A stretch of DNA of 64,000 bases, taken from positions 36,642,001-36,706,000 of the forward strand of contig OZ004607.1 in assembly GCA_963924565.1 (NCBI GenBank), in the 5' to 3' direction. Every line of letters begins with the position of its first letter. Position 1 is the first letter of the stretch. The notes under the pieces were generated by a model that was not told the origin of the DNA, made no database searches, and saw only the letters and a program-made list of their open reading frames with translations. The position numbers and the translations under genes were made by a program. Positions 38,780-53,119 of the stretch are shown here, piece after piece. The stretch comes from Ascidiella aspersa. Lineage: Eukaryota.

Positions 38780-40720
38780 TAATGACGTCATCAACATGTT
38801 ACGTCATACATGTAAAGACGTCTCATAAACCTCAAGTCAGAGGCAAACCAATAAATATTTGGAAACAAATCAAGTAAAGGTAAAATATCGCGCATTTATT
38901 TTGAAAATAATCTATTTTGAAATAAATATATTGTGATTTTTGTAACCGCACGTTATGGCATACATCCTTTGCGTGAACTCGCTGGAAAAGATTTTCCGAA
39001 TCCGTTTAACCGCGGTTCTCGAGACCAACGTGAAACGCGTCAGCATCCCACAATATCGCGCCCGGCCTGGATGACAAATTTACAGCGGAAGCGCGGAATG
39101 ACGAGCCTGTCCATGGGAAATGCGAAAACGTTGGTTTGACTCGAATCTTTGAACTTGCGAGCAAGTGCTTTTGGCAGTTTCGGCGATGCGAGTTTGGAAT
39201 GAACCGCATTTTTATGTTACCCTATCGTTCTATGTATGATATATTCAAAATTGGCGGAAAACCTACTCTCGTGTGGGGGTAAGGAAGTCAGTTACCAAAC
39301 GTGTCGAAAAAAATAACAAATATATATATATATATATATAGGAAGTCCTAGAATGGTCAGCCATCACAGAACCCGGTGTACTTTAGCCATGCATCAAGAT
39401 GTTTTAAAAACTATGGTTGCAACGCTAGCTCAAAGGCATCAGTTCCTTGTTGTTCATGTTCGCACTTCATTGCCTTACACGGAATTCACGGAGTCAATGA
39501 TAGGCGGTCGGGAGACAAGAAATCAATGCTTGTGCACTATGACGTCAATAACTTCGAGCGGGCGCCTGCAACGTTTCAGGTAGCTTGCACCATGTGCGGG
39601 CGAAGCTTGTGACGTCATAGCGACCGTTGTTGCGTCACGTTTAAGGGGGGTGAGAGTCAGAGTGCGATGGTGAAGGAAGGTTTTGAGTTTGCGAGGGAAG
39701 ATTCCCTATATAGTAAAAGAGACCTCTGAATGCGGGTTACAATTGATGTCCTATTTTTAATTTTAATGCGATGCTTCCTTGAGCGACCTTTACGATTTTT
39801 TCTAGAAAATTTCATATTTGTCAACATTGTTAGCCTATTCAACTTTGTCGTTTTTCAAATGGCTATGAATCCCATTAAAATGCGGAAATCACAGGCAACT
39901 CATTCTAAGCCTAGAAGATATCGAACGATTGTTAGTGTTTCCCGCGTTAAGCGTTTTCTTTATCTTTAAAAGACATTCCTATTAAGGCAAGGCAGTTTTA
40001 ATTGCCGGACATATCCTTTGCGTTTGCAACCTTTTGCAAAGTAATAGTTAAATCACCAAAAAAGTTTAAAATTCGCGGGCTTGGGAGATAATTTATTGAA
40101 AACCGCGACAAGCAATTAAAAAGCTTTTAGTGTTTGTGGTGTCATATATTTGTTTGCCGTGCAAATAAACTCGCCTTCAAAGGCGGAACTTAAGTTGACG
40201 CTGGGTCAACACATCAACGAAACATTCCCATGCTGTTTAACTTTAAATGACAAGAAGATTCCTTGTGGTTTGATTCTACAACTTAAAAACAATAGCAAAC
40301 TAAAAACAGAAAAATTATGTAAAAGTTTGAATTGTTTATAATTAAACTATAGAATTGAGTTGTTTTAGGTAAAATATAACTTCTTGCGTTTTTTGACCGT
40401 AAATCGCTTTTGTGATGAGTGCAAGTGGTGTTGATGAGTTTTTATTGTGAAAAAAGTTTTTTTTGTGTATTTTTAATGAAAATTAGTAACGTAATGTTTT
40501 AAAGACATGTATTTTATTCGAAATTTTATTGTTACGTTATTTGGCGTAATTTTTCCTCTCAAGTACAAGTACAGTTTTTCGCTTTAGAAGTGCTTCTCAC
40601 TGCCCATTGATTTATCGACTGTTACGTCACACCCGGTAGTTTTGACACACTATCGTGTCAAGTGGGCCCATTGACGCGCGAGCACCAACACGTGACTCAC
40701 GTCTCTATGACGTCAAAATC
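38780..40720. promoter_or_regulatory. Proximal CRE cluster upstream of SIK (candidate promoter/enhancer)
   Basis: TGACGTCA at 38783, 39540, 39610, 40708; TTACGTCA at 38799 and 40622; TGACTCA near 40693; TATA-like ctatatag near 39706. Confidence 0.5.
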
Positions 40721-40878
40721 CCCAGCCAAATATCTGTGCAATTGCGAAATGGCCTAGCAAGCACGCGTTGGCCATTCATACAGAGCTTGCCAGTAGCTGT
40801 CTTACGGATGACAGAGTCACAATGAATATAACGGGGTTAAGTTAAGGCAGACGAGTATTAGTTTTTCAGACTCTATAG

Positions 40879-41169
40879 CAGTGATTTTCAACCTTGTATG
40901 ATTTATGGCACCCTTCAAACACAATAAATAGATTTTCGTCACCCCAACTGGATTTTTTTCTTGAAAGGTTACTGTAAATTGGAACTGGAACAACACAATC
41001 AACTAACATGTAAGAAATTGCCCTTCGATATAATGGTCTCTATTCGTACACAAATAGTTGTATCAAGAAGCTTACCAATTGAGCAAGAAACTTAAAAAAA
41101 AATCTCAATACCTATCAGCACCCTTGAGCATTACAAAGGGCGCCGCGGTACCCCGGTTGAGAACCACTG
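40879..41169. mobile_element. hAT-type MITE (family A)
   Basis: cagtgattttcaacc / ggttgagaaccactg; left flank CTCTATAG, ctatatag just right of the element. Confidence 0.8.
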
Positions 41170-41529
41170 CTAATTGCTATATAGCGTTCTATTTTTTAAC
41201 TTGAGTTTAAATTAGAAAATATGCTCTTTAAGAAAAAAAGATGCTTCCTTTAAAAGATGCTTCCTTTAAAAGGCGTCAGTTTTCGCAAAATTCTAGCCTA
41301 AGCAACACAACCGTAATTTGATGTACCCGAGATTGGAGATTAGACAGCTAAATGCCGAGGCGTATATCGGTGACAAGGTTTTGCAACTTTAATTCTCTGT
41401 GATAAGCTGAAGTTTCTCTTAAAATTACGATTAACGCTGTTTATGCTGGGAAGTTAAGAGTTTACGTGCTTCGGCGTTTTCAACATGCTTTTAGATTGAA
41501 AAAAAAAACGCCTTATTGAATTTAACACA

Positions 41530-41558
41530 GCTAACCAATATATTTTGTTTCCTCATAG
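41530..41558 (+). promoter_or_regulatory. Splice acceptor upstream of the SIK start codon
   Basis: Branch-like gctaac (41530-41535), pyrimidine tract ttttgtttcctc, TAG ending at 41558, 85 nt before the ATG. Confidence 0.55.
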
Positions 41559-41634
41559 CGACAAATTTACCTAAGTTAGGAATGTTTCTGTGAAATTCCG
41601 AGCAAAGTGCAAAGAAGCAAACAAAAACCGCTAG

Positions 41635-41772
<138 letters not shown>

Positions 41773-44700
41773 TGACGTCACGCTTTGTTCTGTGGATTAG
41801 GAAAATTTGCGCTATTTCGGGCTTTAGGGATTGTCCGGAAATACAATGGAAGCAAGCTTTAAGGCGAGTCCGGACAAAATGCCCTTCTTCTTTATTAAAG
41901 GCGCGCCAATAGTTGTTAGATCTTGTTGGTACCCGAAAAAACACTATATTTAACTGTTTTTTGATCACTACAAACACTATATATAACGCTTTTTAAACGG
42001 CGTTTCGCGACCTTTATTCTATAACACGGTATGCGTTGATTTAATTATTTTTATTTTTGTGACAATATTTTATATTTTATTGCTATAGAGATGTATACGA
42101 TATATTCACATATTACTGTCAAGTGTCAATAGTACGCCTAAAACAAAGAACAAAGTACTCCTTTTAAATTTAAGAACCACTGCTGTGGAGGATTAATTTA
42201 TTTATATTACCAGCTTTCGAAATCGCGGGTATATGCGCAGGATAATTCCTAATGGCATATTGATCAAATCCAATCTAGCGATAAAGGCCCGGGGTCACCT
42301 TGCTCGAGATTTCCTTGACACGCCGGCGCTGAAACGCGATTAAGACGTCACACAGGGCTCGGTCAAATCCGTTTATTGCGAGCCTGTTGAACCCAGCTGG
42401 CCTTTTACGGAACTGTAATTCGTCACACAGAGCAGCCGCCTTAACCTTAACCGCATCTTTACGCCCTCTTTTAATTCTCACGCCCACTTAGAAACCCACG
42501 GCTTCCCCTATTCCAGCCTTATGTGGTGCTGTTGTATGTGTAACTGGACGTATTACCTTTAAAGGAACCAGCCTATTTTATTCATTCATATTCAGGTCAA
42601 GGCACATGGGCAAAATTAAGAACAATTGTGGCACACCTTGTAGCATTACATAAAAATCCAGTGCTTTTATAGCTTGGCAAATGCTATTACTACAATGCGA
42701 GGCAATAATACTACAATTATTATCAGTTGTCCAATGAAATATTGTACATTCACAGTCTACATGCTTTCAACCTTATTTTGGAATACGAATAGACCATATA
42801 AGCGTAGTATGTGTTTCCACAACATAATCTTGCCCTCCAACAAAACACATAATGCCGACGATAAAAGTTCTAAAATTTCTACAGCGGTACGCTTTTCAAG
42901 CTAACACGAATAGACCATTTTCCCAAATTTACAAAAATTACGCGAGAGAATCCCCAAATGTACATTTTCGAGAAATACAGATTGCGAACCACTGGTTCAA
43001 TGTAAATGCCCAGCTTTTTGGAGCGGCCATATAGTCACCTTGTGTACCCCGGCCAAACGATGACCCTCGCGACCGCCTGTTACCTAATAATGGTCCTCAA
43101 TTCGAAAATCGATTGTTGGCCCGCGTCGCGAGCGTGCAATTGTCCACGTCACAATGTGTCTCATTGTCTCAGCGCGTATCTAATTCACTATCCACAAAAC
43201 TAATTGTCACATATCTTGGCTAATTGCCATTCCCCGTATGTAAGTAAGTAACATGTTTTGCCAAACAACTTTAAAGGTTAAAATTTATCTCCGCGGCGCA
43301 TCGTTTCCTTATATGTTAACAATGTCGCTTGGCGGTGGCGTTACGATAATTTGCCTTGAGTTACGGGCGAACAACGAGTAAAGTCATCGGCGCCTGATCG
43401 TAGGCAAACACCAGCACGCCCATATTTGTCCCACGCGGTTTGTTTGATCGCTGTATCACGCAATCGGGAGTTGGCGAAGAGAGATAGACCGCATAACTAC
43501 TATCCGAAATGCACCAGGCACTATTTTCTAGCGATGCCTTTTAGCCGCTTTATAAAACCACTTAGCCAGCTGCAAAGCCGTTTTTTTCCTTTAAAAGGGG
43601 TTTAAAGAAGGCACCTTTTAAAAAGGCCTTTGTAAGCTGGGCCGTCGCGGTATCTCTTAAAGTTTCAACCAAGTTCCATTGGCGTCATGCCTTTGAAGAT
43701 AACGCCAGACACCGCCGTCCCTACGCCACGCGATTTTCGCCGGCAAATTATCGCTTCGCACTGTTGTTTTTTGAGATTTGGATGGAAAATATTCGAGGAA
43801 ATGTGATAAGGTTCGGCCGCCAGACGATACGCATATTTGGCGGTCGCACGACCTGTCGCCTGTACACTGTACAGCACAGCTTTATGCCCTTTATCGGTTT
43901 TGCTTGAGATAATATCGCCCATTTTGCGTTGGCCATGACCTAAAATGGAAACCGCCGTGGCTTAATCCAGGCCTCTTTAACTGTGAACTTGATTTCTTCG
44001 GGGTTAAGCTTTTTGCCTTGCTAATGGCGCTAAGTTTATTGTGGCAAGGTTAGAACTTATATACTTGTTTAAATAATTTATAACAAGCTGGGTTAGGTTA
44101 CAAGCCTATGATCAAATTACTGTTCTTTATTTCATTACCCTTTTTTCCATGTCAGTAAAACTGCCAATATACTAATAAAATGAACTTCAAATTTATATTT
44201 TAGGAGCTAAAATCGTAGTGGGGGAATTTTGCTACAAATAGACGCCTAGGGGCAAGCTCCAAAATAAGTAGTTGCGGTTAAGTTGTACCGCGTTTCAATT
44301 TCCCCGAATCGCTATTATTTTTGGACACTATTTTTGCTTTAAACTGTACTTTTATAACTTTACGTATGTTTGCTGTAGTTTTCATTTGTTAGAAATTATC
44401 TGCTGTATTACAGTGTGTTCCTAGATTTGCGCGATCCAAATAGTACTACAACTATCGTATGCCTACAAACTAGAATTATGGTGCGAAATACGCCATGCTT
44501 GTATTCAGTCACGCTCAATGTCACACTTCACTGGCGTTTTTTTACCTGGGCCCTAACTTTGACGCCGTAGGCACGTATATGGCATTTTTACCCTTTGCTT
44601 TGCGTTTTGCTTATTTTACCCCGACATATTGTTAATACGAGGGTAACACCTGCTTAGAGCTTTGACAAACAACAACTTTGCCAGACATTCGTCATTTTTC

Positions 44701-45228
44701 AGTAACAACTGCCTACTAAAAAGCGGAAAGTGTAACCCTTGGGTCACTGAATATTTTTGGAACATCTTACATTAAACGTTGCAATGCCACAATTTTGAAG
44801 CAGCCATCAAAACCCAGTGTTGTAAGGAAAAAACTATTTCGACAAAAACCTTCTTGTCTGTGACAAGAATCTTTTTGTTTGTCCAAGGAACAAAATGAAA
44901 AAAGTAAAACCCAACCAGTTTTAACCCCCCTTGCAACGCAAGTTTCCAGATTCCGTAAGCTAACCAAACCTTCACGTGTTTCGGCGATATGCTGCGTAGC
45001 TCGAGGCTACCGCTGCCCAGGCCTCAACCGTCTGCTGCTGCACTCTGTGACATCACAGGGCAAGAATCTCGTGCGCACAAGTGAGCCGCTCTGACGCACA
45101 TGGGCCCTTTGTGTGTCACTGTGCGTCTGATAAGCGTCGAGCGAGCGGCTGCGCCTCAGCCTGGGTTCGACAAGCAGCAGCCTATCGTGTGTTTCACTTG
45201 CTAACTGACGCTTTACGGTGTACAGAGG

Positions 45229-45292
45229 GGAGTCATTGGGTTTGCTGTTGTTCCGAGGTGGAAGGGGGTCATTGGGTTTGCTGTTGTTCTGC
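45229..45292. repeat. 36-bp tandem duplication
   Basis: gtcattgggtttgctgttgttc twice. Confidence 0.85.
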
Positions 45293-45714
45293 AACTCATT
45301 TGCTTTCTTCATGAAGTAATTTGAATCGTTTTTGTTTTTTGTTTTTTTTTTAAATTACGATTATTTCGAAATCAAATGAGTTAACGAATCAATGCAATTG
45401 AAACCTTGCCAAACTATATAAACGCTTGTGAAAAAATACAAGTACACTGTCCAGTGTGGAAACCTTGGGTTCAAAATGCCATTTTTTTTATCAAAAACAA
45501 ACAACAACCGTAGTTTAAAAGAATCAAAAAGCCTACAAGAATCAAAATCATAGTTTGCACAGAAACGGATACCGAAACGTTTTAAGCAAAAAAATGTTTT
45601 AAGCGTACAAAAATAAAAAAAAATTCAATACTACCAATAAAGTCCAAGTCGTCTCATTTAAAAACAGTGACTTGAATGCATTAAAGTAAGATCATTATTC
45701 CTAAGGGTCTAAGA

Positions 45715-46026
45715 CAGTGGTTCTTACCCTTTTTTCTTTCGTGGCCCATTTTCGTTGCACAAAAGTTCTGTGGCCCAATAAATGTTTATGAAAAAAAAAA
45801 CTATAAAATAGGTTTAGAACAAAACAGGTTTCAAAACAGATTATTTATTCAATCGTGCATTAGTGAGATACTTGCGCCTGAACAATAAATTTACATTCCT
45901 TCTCGATTCCTCCCCAATCCATTATTCTTGTAAAATTATGTATAGTGACACAAATGAAACTAAATTCCTCCATAAATCTAGCTTTTTTAATTGTTCTGTG
46001 GCCCACCAGTGAGCCATGGCCCGCTT
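45715..46026. mobile_element. Family E MITE (longer, inverted relative to 27537)
   Basis: Perfect TSD GTCTAAGA at 45707-45714 and 46027-46034; left TIR cagtggttctta; right TIR largely deleted. Confidence 0.8.
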
Positions 46027-46738
46027 GTCTAAGATGAATGAAGTTTCCAAGCAACTTCTTGCACCAGTTTGTTTTGCTCGCAATGATAAGCTCGAAGTTG
46101 TCCAGTGTTTAATTTGACGCGATCGCTCATAGCATCGTGACGTCTATTTACGACACACACCCGGGGTTGTTATGATTGCCGTTCCGCCCGATTGCTCGCA
46201 TTAGCGAGGAAAACTTGCCGGGCCCGAAGTTTTCACGTGACTCTCGTGTTGTGTTGTTTTTGTCGCGTCATAAACGCGCCTTTGTGACGCACCGCCGGCC
46301 GATTGTTCGCGGTCAGCCGGGCGTGACTGTTGACACCGGCCCAGATTTGCGTGATTTTTTGCTTGGTCGGTTGTTTTCCAGAGTGCATTGCGCTATATTT
46401 GATGGACATGCTTTAATATGTCAAAACAGGAATATTTTTCCTGAACATATAAAAGGGCGTATCCTTATGGAATTCAAAACTATTAGCAGCAGGTTTTTGC
46501 TTGTCGATCACTGTTCCGCTGACACGTATATAAACAAATGTACTGCGTTATTTAGCCACCGCGGAAGTCTATTTTGACAACTGCAAAACAAAATCAAAAC
46601 AATCTCAATAAGAAACCAATTTGCCCGAATGCAGTTAATTTTGGTGCCGATATTGTAAAAAGCAAAGATGCCGTTTCCTGTTGTTTTTAATTTTATCCTA
46701 GAACTTATTCCGACTGAAAGTTGTCAAATTTGCCCTGG

Positions 46739-47114
46739 TTTCAATTTATACCAAGGAAAGTTTCAAATTTTGTGTTTGTTTGTAATTTATTCCGACTGCA
46801 AGTTTTCAATTTTGTCCTTGTTTTCAATTTATACCAACTGCAAGTTTTCAATTTTGTCCTTGTTTTCAATTTATACCAACTGCAAGTTTTCAATTTTGTC
46901 CTTGTTTTCAATTTATACCAACTGCAAGTCTTCAATTTTGCCCTTGTTTTCAATTTATACCAACTGCAAGTTTTCAATTTTGTCCTTGTTTTCAATTTAT
47001 ACCAACTGCAAGTCTTCAATTTTGCCCTTGTTTTCAATTTATACCAACTGCAAGTTTTCAATTTTGTCCTTGTTTTCAATTTATACCAACTGCAAGTCTT
47101 CAATTTTGCCCTTG
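46739..47114. repeat. 42-bp minisatellite (7 clean units plus 2 degenerate units)
   Basis: Unit TTTTCAATTTATACCAACTGCAAGTYTTCAATTTTGYCCTTG from 46821 to 47114. Confidence 0.96.
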
Positions 47115-47144
47115 TGTTTGATATACTCATAACCCTCACTTTAA

Positions 47145-47330
<186 letters not shown>

Positions 47331-47875
47331 TAGTTATAGGTAGGCTGGTAGAATTTTGTAATTGTTTTTTCGAGAGCTGAAAAACAATATTTAAAAAGGT
47401 TGGCGCCGTTGAAATGTCGACCTTATTAGAGGAGTTTATTCTGCGTTAAAGCAAGGGCCACTAATTTTTATATATTGTAAAAAGTCTATTCACTGGTTTG
47501 TATAGTTATTAGTAGTCTGGCAGAATCTAATAAGTTTTTGAATATATTTTTTTTCACCAATTTATTTGGTTTTCTGGCTGATTCTTCGGCCGACATAGTC
47601 GCCAAGTCTCCAGCATTCTGCCATATGGTTATTGGAATATTCAGTAAAATTATTAAGTTTAAAGTTTGAGCGGCATAGATATGGTTACTTGAAAGCATCT
47701 GCGGGTTGGAATGAACTTTTCAGAAAAACAAAAAAATATAAATAGGTTAACTCGCAAACTAAGTGCATAAACCACAAAATATCATCATACTAAAGTCCAT
47801 CGATTTTCTATCGGAAGTTGCTCGGAACACTTTGCCCTTTCACCGAATGATTTTAACATTGCTGTGGTTTTCCAG

Positions 47876-47939
47876 GTGATGGAATCCAGCAGCGTGATTT
47901 ACCTTGTGTGCGAGTACGCAAGCCACGGTGAAGTGTTTG
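47876..47939 (+). CDS. SIK2: SIK coding exon 3 (hinge)
   Basis: VMESSSVIYLVCEYASHGEVF; ttccag / gtgagt. Confidence 0.96.
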
Positions 47940-48588
47940 GTGAGTATCTACTACCTACGTTCGTTGAGCTTATCCTCTTTTTGTTTGTCGTTTCTATGTG
48001 TTAAAGTGTGGGTGTTTTTTCGCGGACATTTTCGCGTATCTTCAACCTAACCGAAAAAAATTACCCTGAATATCACAAAAATAAACTAAATCTTTAAAAA
48101 ATGAATTCATACCAAAACCACAACGAAACATTGTATTGTAACGTTTAAAATAAGAAAGTGTTTTTTTTATAAAAGTTTAACGCGTTAATCACACAATCAT
48201 ACGACAATTTAAACTTATTTTGCTGTCTTTGGATTTAAAACTGCTGTCGTTGGTTTCCAAAGATACACATTGATGTAAAAATCATTCCCAAAATTAAAAC
48301 GGAAACCGGAAAATTCTCAAACCACTATCGCATTAGATTATCCTAAACGTTTAAAAACCAAGCAAACTATAGGCGGCCAGGCTTGAGGACATGTAGATTT
48401 TACTTGCATCATTATTAGTTAGTAAATTAAACTTCTACGATGTATACTTTTTTATGAAGCTTTAGACAAAAGAAAACCATAGCAAACCAAAAGGGAATAG
48501 CGGCAAAAAACAAGGTTTACCCCGAAAATAAATTTTCGGCACATATAATAACACGTGGCTCTTTAACGATTGTGCGTTTCCGTCCCAG

Positions 48589-48704
48589 ACTTTATCACAC
48601 AAGAGGAAAAGATACCTGAGGACAAAGCTCGTCGTATGTTCTACCAGGTGCTCACCGCCATCGAGTACTGCCACAAGAACAATGTCGTCCACAGGGACCT
48701 AAAG
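48589..48704 (+). CDS. SIK2: SIK coding exon 4 (catalytic loop)
   Basis: DFITQEEKIPEDKARRMFYQVLTAIEYCHKNNVVHRDLK; tcccag / gtaggc. Confidence 0.97.
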
Positions 48705-48962
48705 GTAGGCCAACTGTGACGTAGGCAACTCGCGTTGTGACGTAACAGTAGCGACGCGCGACCGTCCCACGAGAGCCGATCTTTGTGCGCTTTTGGTTTG
48801 TTCTATGTGGACGTTGGTTGTTAATGCGACTTGCGGTTATTGCGATAATGGTCTTTTGGCAGGTTTCGGCCGCGTTTCGTTAACATCGATTTTTATTGAG
48901 TTTCATTAACGTTGATTAAAAACGACAATTTTATTGAGTTTATTCGTTATTTTTTCTTCCAG

Positions 48963-49008
48963 GCAGAAAACCTTCTTCTGGACCAGAACGACAACATTAA
49001 GCTGGCAG
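48963..49008 (+). CDS. SIK2: SIK coding exon 5
   Basis: AENLLLDQNDNIKLA; ttccag / gtaggt. Confidence 0.96.
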
Positions 49009-49463
49009 GTAGGTTGTTGATTTTGTCAGGATTTTATGATAGTTAAGCCATGTTTTGTACAAGTTGGATTGCTTTACTGCCAACAGAGTTTCGCCTTTAG
49101 TTTCCTCTACTTTGGATATATTGGTTCCTTTTTAATGCGTGCAAGATAACAGGCGTTATTTATTTATTTGGTCTTTATAACTCTTAACCTAATATTCCCA
49201 CCCTTAAATCTTTAGCCACATTTTTATAAATATTTAAACGAGCTGTTCATAAAAGAATAAAAACGAGTCTGACCAAGAGTTTTACAAAAAAAGTAAGCCC
49301 ATACAAAAATTGGTAGCATTTTAAACGCCTAGAATGACTCTTTGTTCACTTTTTGTAAACGTTCAGAATGCTACCTACTGGTGTATATGGGCTTTGATTT
49401 TCTTGCTACGTCATTCTACAACCTCCAACCATTATGCTCCAGACTTTAACCGATTTTATGTAA

Positions 49464-49637
<174 letters not shown>

Positions 49638-49779
49638 TGAATTTTTTGTGTAACTAGAATCGAGTTTTAGGCGTTTGCCGAGTTCAATGGTCAAGGCGAC
49701 ACTACTTCATCTTTTTTAAATGGTGTATTGTTTTTACCAAAATGTTAAGGCAATAGAGAACCGGATAATTAAAAGTGAT

Positions 49780-49962
49780 ATTTATAACGGGAAAACGACC
49801 GTAAACTACCCATGGGCTATAATAGCATATTAGCTCTGTTTGTAAGGGTACTGCTATTAAAAAAACACAATTAAAGTGAAATGTTTAACGGGAAAACTAC
49901 TGGAAAACTACATATGGGCTTTAAATAGCATATGAGCAATGTTTGTAAGGTTACTGCTATTT
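49780..49962. repeat. ~100-bp diverged tandem duplication in intron 6
   Basis: taacgggaaaac...atgggct...aatagcatat...tgtttgtaagg.tactgctatt twice. Confidence 0.8.
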
Positions 49963-50277
49963 TTCAATGAAAAAACCCCAAAGCAGATGCAGTCAATCGT
50001 GCTCTGATTGTTTCTAACTTGCCAAGTTTACTTGGTATCTTAATGTCCTCACTATAACAGGGTCTATAAGTTCCAATAATTCCAAATGCTAGTTTTCTAT
50101 AGCATTGAATTGCTTTTACAGGATTTCCTAACAACAATTCTATTATTAGTGTTACTTAAGGGCTCTGGCGTCCGTTTCTTTTACCAGGGCAATTTCGTGA
50201 GGGCCTGGTCACAGTTATACACGGTCAAAGTGTTTCTATACACGTTACTGCGATGCAGGTTTTATCTTACTGAATAA

Positions 50278-50511
<234 letters not shown>

Positions 50512-51012
50512 TAAACAGCAGCAAACCTTTATTCCGTGTTTGCTGCGCAGCTTTTAGGGTAAGAAGTTTAAAAAGTGCGTATAGCTCAGCTTTCTGTCAA
50601 TTGACGCAAGGTTGATTACGCACGTAGGGGTTATCTATCTGGCTGGCTTTAGTCCAAACAGTCCACCTGACAGGTCAACCGTACGTTTAGGCGATTTGAA
50701 GAGGATGTCCTGCTTATAGTTACTTTAATAATGCAAAGATTTACTTGAGGAAATGGCTAGTTGCTTTAGGAATGCAAAGATAGGTTGAGGTTTCAGGTTT
50801 CATGAAAACATACAATCAAAGAACACGTCAATTGGCAGAAAGAACATAATTTCGTGGTCATCAGTAATCTCCCGTAAATATTTTATCTTTCCAGTGATTG
50901 AACCAAAAATTTAAATGCGTGGCGAAACTGTAGCAATCACGAAAGACACAAAGCCGTTCCAGCCTGATTTTTAACGACGTCCGACAATAAACACCCTCGA
51001 TTTTTGTTCCAG

Positions 51013-51113
51013 ACTGCGAGAACCTGATCCGTCGAATGCTGGTCGTTAACCCGAAGAAGCGACTTACAATCTCGCAGATCAAGAAGCATAAGTGGATGCA
51101 GGTGTTTGCCCAG
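51013..51113 (+). CDS. SIK2: SIK coding exon 8 (end of kinase domain)
   Basis: [34 protein letters not shown]; ttccag / gtaagc. Confidence 0.95.
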
Positions 51114-51165
51114 GTAAGCTACAAAACTGGATTTTTAATTAAGTGCGTTAATTAGGCCTGTAGTC

Positions 51166-51474
51166 CAGTTTTTCTCATCCTTTTATGGCTAGCGGCACCT
51201 CTGAGAGAAATAACAAATAGATTACAGCACCTCTATAAGATTTGTCCGTGGGTAATTTACTAGAATGTCACAATAAACGGACCTGGAACAACACACATCA
51301 ACTCTGAACAATGTAGGAAGTTATAATTGGATTCATTCCACTGTAATCTTACACAAAAAGTTGTAGGAGTCAACCAAAAATCAGATTCTTAAACATTTCC
51401 AAATATGTCGCGACACCCTTAAGGATTAGAAATGGCACCCTATGGTGCCGCGGCATCCTGGTTGAGAACCACAG
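51166..51474. mobile_element. hAT-type MITE (family A)
   Basis: cagtttttctcatcc / ggttgagaaccacag; flanks CTGTAGTC / CTGTATAG; similar to 4627-4906. Confidence 0.8.
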
Positions 51475-51862
51475 CTGTATAGGCTCTGTTGTTTTGCTGT
51501 TATAAGCAGGATTTCTAGGCAAGGGGTATCCGCCCTAACAATCTACTATGGTCAACTGACGATGTAAACAATTTCTACGTGCCGTTCCTTGTCAGCTGTT
51601 CGCTAATTGCGCTGTTTTTGCTCGTCATTTTTGCCGTAAGCCACTATACAAGCGTCCATCAGTTATACCTAACGAGGTCGCGAACGCGCTGTTTATGAAT
51701 GAGAGATTGCCAAGCCGGGTATTTTCGATCATTATTCAAGTCCCGTGCAGCGAAACAGCTGCTTTCGCAAACCAATTGACCAACGTGAAGATTGCCGCTC
51801 ATTATGTTAAACGCCAGGCCGCCTGCTGTATGTTGAACGTGTTGACACGCATGCCTTTAGTG

Positions 51863-52050
51863 CAGTTTTTCGCAACTTTTTTTGGCTTGCGGCAACCTAC
51901 AGAAATTATGAATATTTCGCGACACCCTTGCTCATTATTAAAACGCTTACTAGTAGGGCAAAAATTGGAATCCTGAAGAATGTGAAATATCTCTCGGCAC
52001 CCTTAAGCGGTAAAATGGCACCCTAGAGTGCCGCGGTACCCCGATTTAGA
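51863..52050. mobile_element. Internally deleted family A MITE
   Basis: Matches both ends of the 9231-9544 copy. Confidence 0.68.
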
Positions 52051-52234
52051 TTGTAATAGATGACTTGATATAGTTTAACAATAAGAGCAAAAACACATTT
52101 TGCGAAATAATTGTTTGTAGCATATTAAGGTTAAAACTGTAAGGGGTATGTGATGTCCGATACCCGATCATAAACCGTTTTTACCTTAGCTATACACTGA
52201 TAATAAAACAACAATTTGCTTTTGTGCCTCGCAG

Positions 52235-52357
52235 AAAAACGACGTCATCACGAAAGCCGACTCTCCGGCGCCACGTGTGGCCGGAATGCCCGAGTTTAAC
52301 GAGCACGTGTTAAAATGGATGCAGAGTCTCGGTCTAGACAGACTGGAAACGTTAGAG
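52235..52357 (+). CDS. SIK2: SIK coding exon 9 (UBA, first part)
   Basis: KNDVITKADSPAPRVAGMPEFNEHVLKWMQSLGLDRLETLE vs SIK2 [22 protein letters not shown]; tcgcag / gtaaag. Confidence 0.93.
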
Positions 52358-53119
52358 GTAAAGCATTTGCTGGTTTTAAAGTTAAGTCAGATACAATAAA
52401 GAGATTATAAAAAATATATATATATTTCGCCAACAAAGGCATTGTCAGCATATCTTGTATAAGTAGAATTGCTTTTTACATATCCTTTAAGATCTATTAA
52501 TTGTGTCTGACCTGAATTGCTAGCTGTGCTAGAGTATTTTGAACTGTTACTGATCAGGAATTAAAGTCGACATTTATCATGCAAGGGCCAAGGTGATTTC
52601 TATTATCACATATTTAGTGCAACATTAATTTAAACCGATATATCCTTTTACAACCCCGGTTTGGGCAAGGAAAAGGGTATTGAACAAGGATTTAATCGGA
52701 GATCTTGGTCTCTGCAGCCAAGTGTATTTAATATATGTAAATGCTTGACATCAACTTGTATATTTCGAACATTGGCTGTCTATACGGTTGTATAAGTGTT
52801 TGTTGAAAAATGCGCAGCTATAAGTGTGACAAAGTCACTAGATAGTTGAAGTTTAAAGTTCACCTTGGCACTTTTAAGATAAAAACGTTTAAAATTGATC
52901 CACACCATACCGGGTACCGCATTTCTGTTTTTCAATCGATCGCTTTCTGGTAATTGTAATTATTTATCAACATTTCGGCAACCTATTCAAATCGCCTTTG
53001 TCAGGGTGAATGACACTCAAATTACAAATTACATTTACCAGGGGAGCTGTTTTTTGATTTATATTACTATGCCTGGTAGCAACAGTTTATGTAAATCGAT
53101 CACTTTGTTGATTATTTAG

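Noticed and set aside
5800-40350. Many 60-143-aa ORFs in the GC-rich islands and MITEs
   Set aside because: They overlap on both strands, show no recognisable domains or consistent splice-site pairs, and are expected where stop codons are scarce; a gene with very small exons cannot be fully excluded without RNA data
46821-47114. Possible CRISPR array
   Set aside because: Units are head-to-tail with no unique spacers, no cas genes, and the context is a eukaryotic intron
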